A DNA stretch of 64,000 nucleotides from an uncultured Acidobacteriaceae bacterium (GTDB lineage Bacteria; Acidobacteriota; Terriglobia; Terriglobales; Acidobacteriaceae). The DNA lies in NCBI GenBank assembly GCA_963843655.1, contig CAWJLD010000006.1, positions 83,255 to 147,254 on the forward strand, read 5' to 3'. Positions 59,112 to 64,000 of the stretch are shown here, in pieces; within the stretch, counting starts at the first letter, position 1; every line of letters starts with the position of its first letter. The notes under the pieces are model-generated. The model was given only the letters and a program-made list of their open reading frames with translations, did not search any database and was not told the DNA's origin. Position numbers and translations under genes: made by a program.

Positions 59112-61379
59112 GTGCGAACCTCACAGAGACTCAGAAATGCGTTTGACGGAGCATTGGCGGGCGGCGGCGATCCCGCCAGTTCCCCGCTTTACGTCTTCGG
59201 ACCATTCCTGAATTTCATCGTCGTTGCAGGTGTAGCCGGCGTCACCTTTGGCGCCAGTGTCTGGCTGGTAGTCCTTACGGTAGTTGTCGTCTCTCTCATG
59301 TATCGCCAGGTAATCCGCTGGGTCACCGATGGCACAGGCGGGAGCGGACTCACTGAAGAAGAATTCGGAGCCTGGGCGGTAAAGCTGAACTCCGCCATCA
59401 CCTTCGTCGAATACACGCTCACATTTCTGGTGAGCATTGCCGCGCTGGTTGAGTTAATTGCGGATCGCTTCCCTCTCCTGAATGAAAGTTTCCATGGTTA
59501 CGACCTCCGGACTTTCGCGGCTGTCATCCTCAGCGTGGGTATTGGTTGGCTGGTCAATCGAGGCCCAAAGGCCGCGGCCCGCACATTCGGCCCTGCCACA
59601 TTCAGCGTCCTGCTTCTGTTGTGGACGATGATTATCGCCACCATCTGGGAACAGGGATTTCACCTTCCTGGCTTCGACCTGAAAGCATTCACTCCTCATT
59701 ACCTGCCATTCACCTTGAGCGGCTTCTCTCGCCTCCTCGCTCTCATGACCGGCATTGAAGTATTCGCGAACCTGGTAGCCGCCTACGAGGGAACTCCGGC
59801 AGAGAGAAGCAGTAAGGCATTTCAAAGCCTCCTTATCGCCATGGGCACCACTTGCGCCACGATGCTCATTGTTGGCCCTGCCATCTTCCGCGTTTCAGAT
59901 CCAACCAATGCAAATGTGTCGGTCTTCACACAAGCCATGGATCAGCTCCTCCCACAGCCGCTGCCATACATCGGCACGTTCATCGGTACCATCGTGCTCG
60001 CATCAGCGGCTGCGGCGAGCGCACAAGGGTTGCAGAATCTCTCCTTGGGGCTCAGTTATCGGCATTACGTTCCAGCGCGCATGGGCGAGCGCAATGACTT
60101 CGATGTTGCGGACATGCCGGTGTGGATTGAGGTGGCAATTGCATCGCTTTGCTTTGTTCTGCTCGGAACGCGGGAAGATGTCTACCTTTCGCTCTACGCC
60201 GTGGGCGTTTTTATTCTCCTCAGCATGACAGGCTGGGCCGCGGCAAAACGAACTCTGCGGTTGCGATCTCAAAGCTCCGCACTCAATCAAGCAATAGGAC
60301 TCACCGGTGCCATCGCTGCAGCTCTCCTTACGTCAGCGGCAACGGTCATCATCTTTTACGAGCGATTTACCCATGGCGCATGGGCCTATCTGCTCCTCAT
60401 CCCGGTCATATATTTCGCGCTCACTTTTTATCGCAGGCGCCAGGGTGACCCGGTGCCGCTCTCTGAACACCTTGGCCGGCTCTATTCTGACCAGTACCTC
60501 CTGCCCTACCAGAGAAAGGGTAGCCCCCAACGCGAAACAAAGATCGAAGACGTGCTGGTACCGCTCGATGGATCGCAGAATGCTGAGTTCGCACTCTCTG
60601 CCGCGGAACACTTGGCTCATGCATTTCAAAGCGATCTGACCCTTCTCTCCGTTGAACCTGCCGCAGGACTCTTTACGCGCCCCAGGGACCGCGGCCTGCT
60701 CGAAGTCACGGAACCCTACCTGGCCCGGCATGCCCGTACATTGAAAGACTCGGGATTGAAGGTGGATTGCGTCGTTGAAAGAGGAAAGCCCGATCAGGTC
60801 ATCGCGGCAATGGCACAGGATATGGGCGCGGATTTGATCGTGATGACTGCATACGGCCACTCCGGCATCGAGAGACTCTTCGTAAGCGATATCGCTGAAC
60901 GCACAATTCACAAGGCGCGCACGCCGGTCTTGCTCTTACGCCCAGAAGACATTGACCGTAAAGAGTCGGTCAAATTCAACCGCTTGCTCGTGGGGCTCGA
61001 CGGCTCACGCAACGCGGAATCGACCTTACCTTACGCCAGAATGTTTGCGCAGGTGTTCCATAGCGAGTTATTGCTGCTCGGCGTTCCTGAGGCCGATTTT
61101 GAAGAGCCGCAACTCGTCGATTATCTTGAAAAGGTTTCTTCGGCATTGCGGAATGCAAATCTGAAGGCAAAAGCGCTGGTGACCGGATCGGGGGCCGCGC
61201 GAACCATCGAGGAAGTGAGCGAATCTGAAGCTTCTGACCTGGTGATACTTGCCAAGAATGGACGAGGGGGATCATTTCGCCGAGCCGCCTTGGGTAGTGT
61301 GGCCGCGCGAGCAATTCAGACCGTCGAGTGCCCCATTCTGCTCATCGACACGTCGGAGTTTGGACGGCTTGCGAAATAA
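59112..61379 (+). CDS. APC-superfamily permease fused to two universal stress protein domains
   Basis: About 12 TM segments with MTGIEVFAN; then VLVPLDGS..AE...DLIVM.AYG.SG and LLVGLDGS...LGSVA..I..VECPILL. Confidence 0.85.
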   Translation: MRTSQRLRNAFDGALAGGGDPASSPLYVFGPFLNFIVVAGVAGVTFGASVWLVVLTVVVVSLMYRQVIRWVTDGTGGSGLTEEEFGAWAVKLNSAITFVEYTLTFLVSIAALVELIADRFPLLNESFHGYDLRTFAAVILSVGIGWLVNRGPKAAARTFGPATFSVLLLLWTMIIATIWEQGFHLPGFDLKAFTPHYLPFTLSGFSRLLALMTGIEVFANLVAAYEGTPAERSSKAFQSLLIAMGTTCATMLIVGPAIFRVSDPTNANVSVFTQAMDQLLPQPLPYIGTFIGTIVLASAAAASAQGLQNLSLGLSYRHYVPARMGERNDFDVADMPVWIEVAIASLCFVLLGTREDVYLSLYAVGVFILLSMTGWAAAKRTLRLRSQSSALNQAIGLTGAIAAALLTSAATVIIFYERFTHGAWAYLLLIPVIYFALTFYRRRQGDPVPLSEHLGRLYSDQYLLPYQRKGSPQRETKIEDVLVPLDGSQNAEFALSAAEHLAHAFQSDLTLLSVEPAAGLFTRPRDRGLLEVTEPYLARHARTLKDSGLKVDCVVERGKPDQVIAAMAQDMGADLIVMTAYGHSGIERLFVSDIAERTIHKARTPVLLLRPEDIDRKESVKFNRLLVGLDGSRNAESTLPYARMFAQVFHSELLLLGVPEADFEEPQLVDYLEKVSSALRNANLKAKALVTGSGAARTIEEVSESEASDLVILAKNGRGGSFRRAALGSVAARAIQTVECPILLIDTSEFGRLAK

Positions 61380-61613
61380 TCGACACCGGACTATAGCAGT
61401 TTCGGAATTGGTGTAGACCGAAAGCAGGCAGGAAAGTGGCGCTTTCATCAAGAAAATGCCGCCTTTCAACGCTCTCAAAAAGTCTACGTGTATTCCGAAA
61501 CTGCTCTAGATTCCGCCCCCTTCAGGACATGCTCTCCGGATTGAGGCTTTCAAAAACGGTGATTGGTTTGCGGCTCGGTGGGAATATACTTGAGGCTCTT
61601 GCGGGAGGGCACG

Positions 61614-63296
61614 ATGTTTGGAAAATTTGCAGCGCTGCGTCATTCCTGCCTGGTGTTCTCGCTCCTACTCCTCACCGGCATTCAGCTTGCCGGCCAGGCC
61701 ACAACCCAGCCAAGCGCACCAACGGCACCGGCGTCTGCTCCGGTAAGCGTCAACGGCAAAGTCCTCTTTACGGTGCCGGGAGTTCTGTCTTTCCCCCCGC
61801 AAGCTCGCGCCGATGCCATCAGCAGCAGGATCGCCGCATTATCCAAAGACATTTCTTCGAAGTCCATGTCTATTTCGGTATCCGACGCCGAGGGTACTTC
61901 CAACATTATGGCCGGCGACCTGGTGGTGATGAGCGTTACGGATCAGGACGCACGCACGGCCGGAAAAACTAGGCAGGCACTGGCCAATGAATTTGCGCAG
62001 AAGATCTCGGCGTCTGTGACAACCTACCGCCACGATTACAGCCCTAAAACTCTAATCCTGAGCGGCGTTTACGTAGTACTGGCCACCGTTGCCCTGATCT
62101 TCCTGTTTAGACTTCTGGGAGTACTCTTCCGGAGGCTCTATAAGAAACTCGACTCCTGGCGTGGCACCATCATTCCTTCCCTGCGCATACAGAAGTTCGA
62201 ACTCCTGCCCGCCGACCGCATCGCTGACTTCTTCATCGAACTTGCAAAGCTCCTCCGGCTCGCCATTGTGCTGGTGATGAGCTATTTCTACGCATCGCTG
62301 GTCCTCGGATTCTTCCCGTGGACCCGCGGGTACGCCCGGATTCTTCTTGGCTACATTCTCGCTCCATTAAGGCTTGTGGGTGAAGCCTTCATTGCTTACC
62401 TCCCAAACCTCTTCTTCATCGGCATCATTATTTTGATCTCGATCTATTTCACCAAATTCGTCCGGACCCTCTTCAAGGAGATCGGAAAAGGCACAATCGT
62501 TTTCGAAAATTTCTATGCCGACTGGGCAGAGCCCACATACAAACTCGTTCGAGTTCTGATCATCGCTTTAACGCTGGTCATCATCTTCCCTGAATTACCC
62601 GGCGCAAAGTCCCCTGCATTTCAGGGCATATCCATATTTCTTGGACTACTGCTCTCTCTCGGCTCCACCTCCGCAGTCGCCGACATTGTCGCCGGCGTAA
62701 TTCTTACCTACATGCGAGCGTTCAAGATTGGAGATAGAGTTAAGATTGCAGACACCATAGGCGACGTGATGGAAAAGACGCTGCTGGTCACGCGGATTCG
62801 TACGATCAAAAACGTCGAGATCACCATTACGAATTCGATGGTATTGAATAGCCATATCATCAACTACAGTGCAACTACGCAGGATGACGGGCTGATTCTC
62901 CATACCTCCGTAACCATTGGCTACGACGCGCCGTGGCGCACCGTTCACCAGCTCTTGATCGACTCGGCTCTGGAGTGCGAAGATCTCCTGAAGGATCCAA
63001 AGCCTTTTGTGTTTCAGACAGCACTTGATGACTTTTACGTGCACTACGAGATCAACGCTTTCACTGACAAGCCAAGCAGCATGGCTAAGATCTACTCCGA
63101 TTTGCACCAAAATATTCAGGACAAATTCAATGAAGCCGGCGTGGAGATCATGTCGTCTCATTACACAAACGTCCGCGACGGCAACCAAACTACCGTTCCT
63201 AACGACTACCTGCCTAAAAACTATTCCGCACCGTCGTTCCGGCTCGGATTGAAGGGCATTTTAGAAAGGGCCAAAGCCAAACCGCACGGTGAATAG
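61614..63296 (+). CDS. mscS: MscS-family mechanosensitive channel with a periplasmic N-domain
   Basis: LGS...VADIVAG, RAFKIGDRVKI, ITITNS, VTIGYD, FNEAGVEIMS; ATG 61614 after GGAGGG. Confidence 0.9.
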   Translation: MFGKFAALRHSCLVFSLLLLTGIQLAGQATTQPSAPTAPASAPVSVNGKVLFTVPGVLSFPPQARADAISSRIAALSKDISSKSMSISVSDAEGTSNIMAGDLVVMSVTDQDARTAGKTRQALANEFAQKISASVTTYRHDYSPKTLILSGVYVVLATVALIFLFRLLGVLFRRLYKKLDSWRGTIIPSLRIQKFELLPADRIADFFIELAKLLRLAIVLVMSYFYASLVLGFFPWTRGYARILLGYILAPLRLVGEAFIAYLPNLFFIGIIILISIYFTKFVRTLFKEIGKGTIVFENFYADWAEPTYKLVRVLIIALTLVIIFPELPGAKSPAFQGISIFLGLLLSLGSTSAVADIVAGVILTYMRAFKIGDRVKIADTIGDVMEKTLLVTRIRTIKNVEITITNSMVLNSHIINYSATTQDDGLILHTSVTIGYDAPWRTVHQLLIDSALECEDLLKDPKPFVFQTALDDFYVHYEINAFTDKPSSMAKIYSDLHQNIQDKFNEAGVEIMSSHYTNVRDGNQTTVPNDYLPKNYSAPSFRLGLKGILERAKAKPHGE

Positions 63297-63402
63297 TCCT
63301 CAACCTGGAACTGATTGCAGCTATCTAGTTTTGAAGGGATACGGCATCAGCCGTGCCGCACACAGTAAATAAACACGCAGCTTTGCTCCTACTATCCCAG
63401 AT

Positions 63403-64000
63403 CTAGGTCGACTTCGCTGAAACGCTGCTCTGAGCCAGTTGAATAGGCACAGACATCGAACGAAAATGCAGGTCTCGCTGCGGAAACGGAATCTCGACCC
63501 CCTCCTCTTTGAAAAGTTTAAAAACTGAAAAGTAGAGATCGCTCTTGAGAATCTGCGGCGTTCGAATCTGACTTGTTGTCCACACACGCAATTCAAAATC
63601 AAGAGAGCTGTCGCCGAAATCTGTGAAAATGACGTCCGGCGCCGGCTCGTCAAGCACATCCGGGTGTAGGGCAGCTACCTGTAGCAATAACCTTCTGACG
63701 TGCTCGGGATCGCTGTTATATGAGGTACCGACTTCCAGCGCAATACGGACGCTGCGATCATTCGCGGTCCAATTGGTGACCCTCTGCCCCGTGAATTCCG
63801 AGTTCGGCACAATGATGACCACGTTGTCATTGGTCCGCACCCAGGTGCAACGTGCGGATATATTAACCACATCGCCGGCCAGACCTTCGATTTCAACACG
63901 GTCTCCGACCTTGATCGGCCGCTCCACCAGCAGGATCAGGCCAGACACAAAGTTGTTGATCACCGCCTGAAGACCAACGCCAATTCCAATACCGATTGCG
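63403..64000 (-). CDS. mscS: MscS-family channel, 3' part (5' end lies outside the window)
   Basis: Frame is open to the window edge: AIGIGIGVGLQAVINNFVSG, ERPIKVGD, VPNS, GVEIPFPQRD. Confidence 0.9.
   Translation of the reverse strand, partial: AIGIGIGVGLQAVINNFVSGLILLVERPIKVGDRVEIEGLAGDVVNISARCTWVRTNDNVVIIVPNSEFTGQRVTNWTANDRSVRIALEVGTSYNSDPEHVRRLLLQVAALHPDVLDEPAPDVIFTDFGDSSLDFELRVWTTSQIRTPQILKSDLYFSVFKLFKEEGVEIPFPQRDLHFRSMSVPIQLAQSSVSAKST

Noticed and set aside
1-64000. CRISPR array, rRNA, intact transposase or prophage
   Set aside because: No regularly spaced repeats or diagnostic genes were seen by eye

Overview
Bacterial chromosomal window. Gene types (Oar-like TonB-dependent receptor, sigma54 two-component system, Tat oxidoreductases) suggest Acidobacteriaceae, but that is inferred. 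0.1-23.5 kb: co-oriented surface-glycan locus with 12 glycosyltransferases, Wzm/Wzt, a Wzy-like membrane protein, 3 methyltransferases, 2 acyl/acetyltransferases and WecA. 23.6-28.1 kb: PIMT, a Tat-exported DUF362 protein, murU and an amgK-RapZ fusion. 29-35.4 kb: TonB-dependent receptor plus two exported acetamidase/formamidase paralogues. 35.9-37.2 kb: mobile-element debris mostly not resolved by the ORF track (frameshifted MobF relaxase fragment, tRNA-Asn-like att fragment, in-frame AhpD::integrase chimera) beside an intact tRNA-Ser(CGA). 37.3-43.7 kb: six-gene cluster (two Tat Gfo/Idh/MocA oxidoreductases, DoxX-like protein, discoidin protein, GT-C/TIGR03663 membrane protein, ApbE), the best candidate for an undescribed system. 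43.9-51.9 kb: L,D-transpeptidase/small membrane protein/SPFH genes behind a sigma54-type promoter, followed by an orphan solute-binding protein, a sensor kinase and a sigma54 activator. 52.0-52.3 kb: a densely base-paired candidate ncRNA. The rest: sialate O-acetylesterase, an unknown exported enzyme, and an osmostress cluster (otsA, APC-USP fusion, two MscS). All family calls come from motif recognition by eye; no database search was run.
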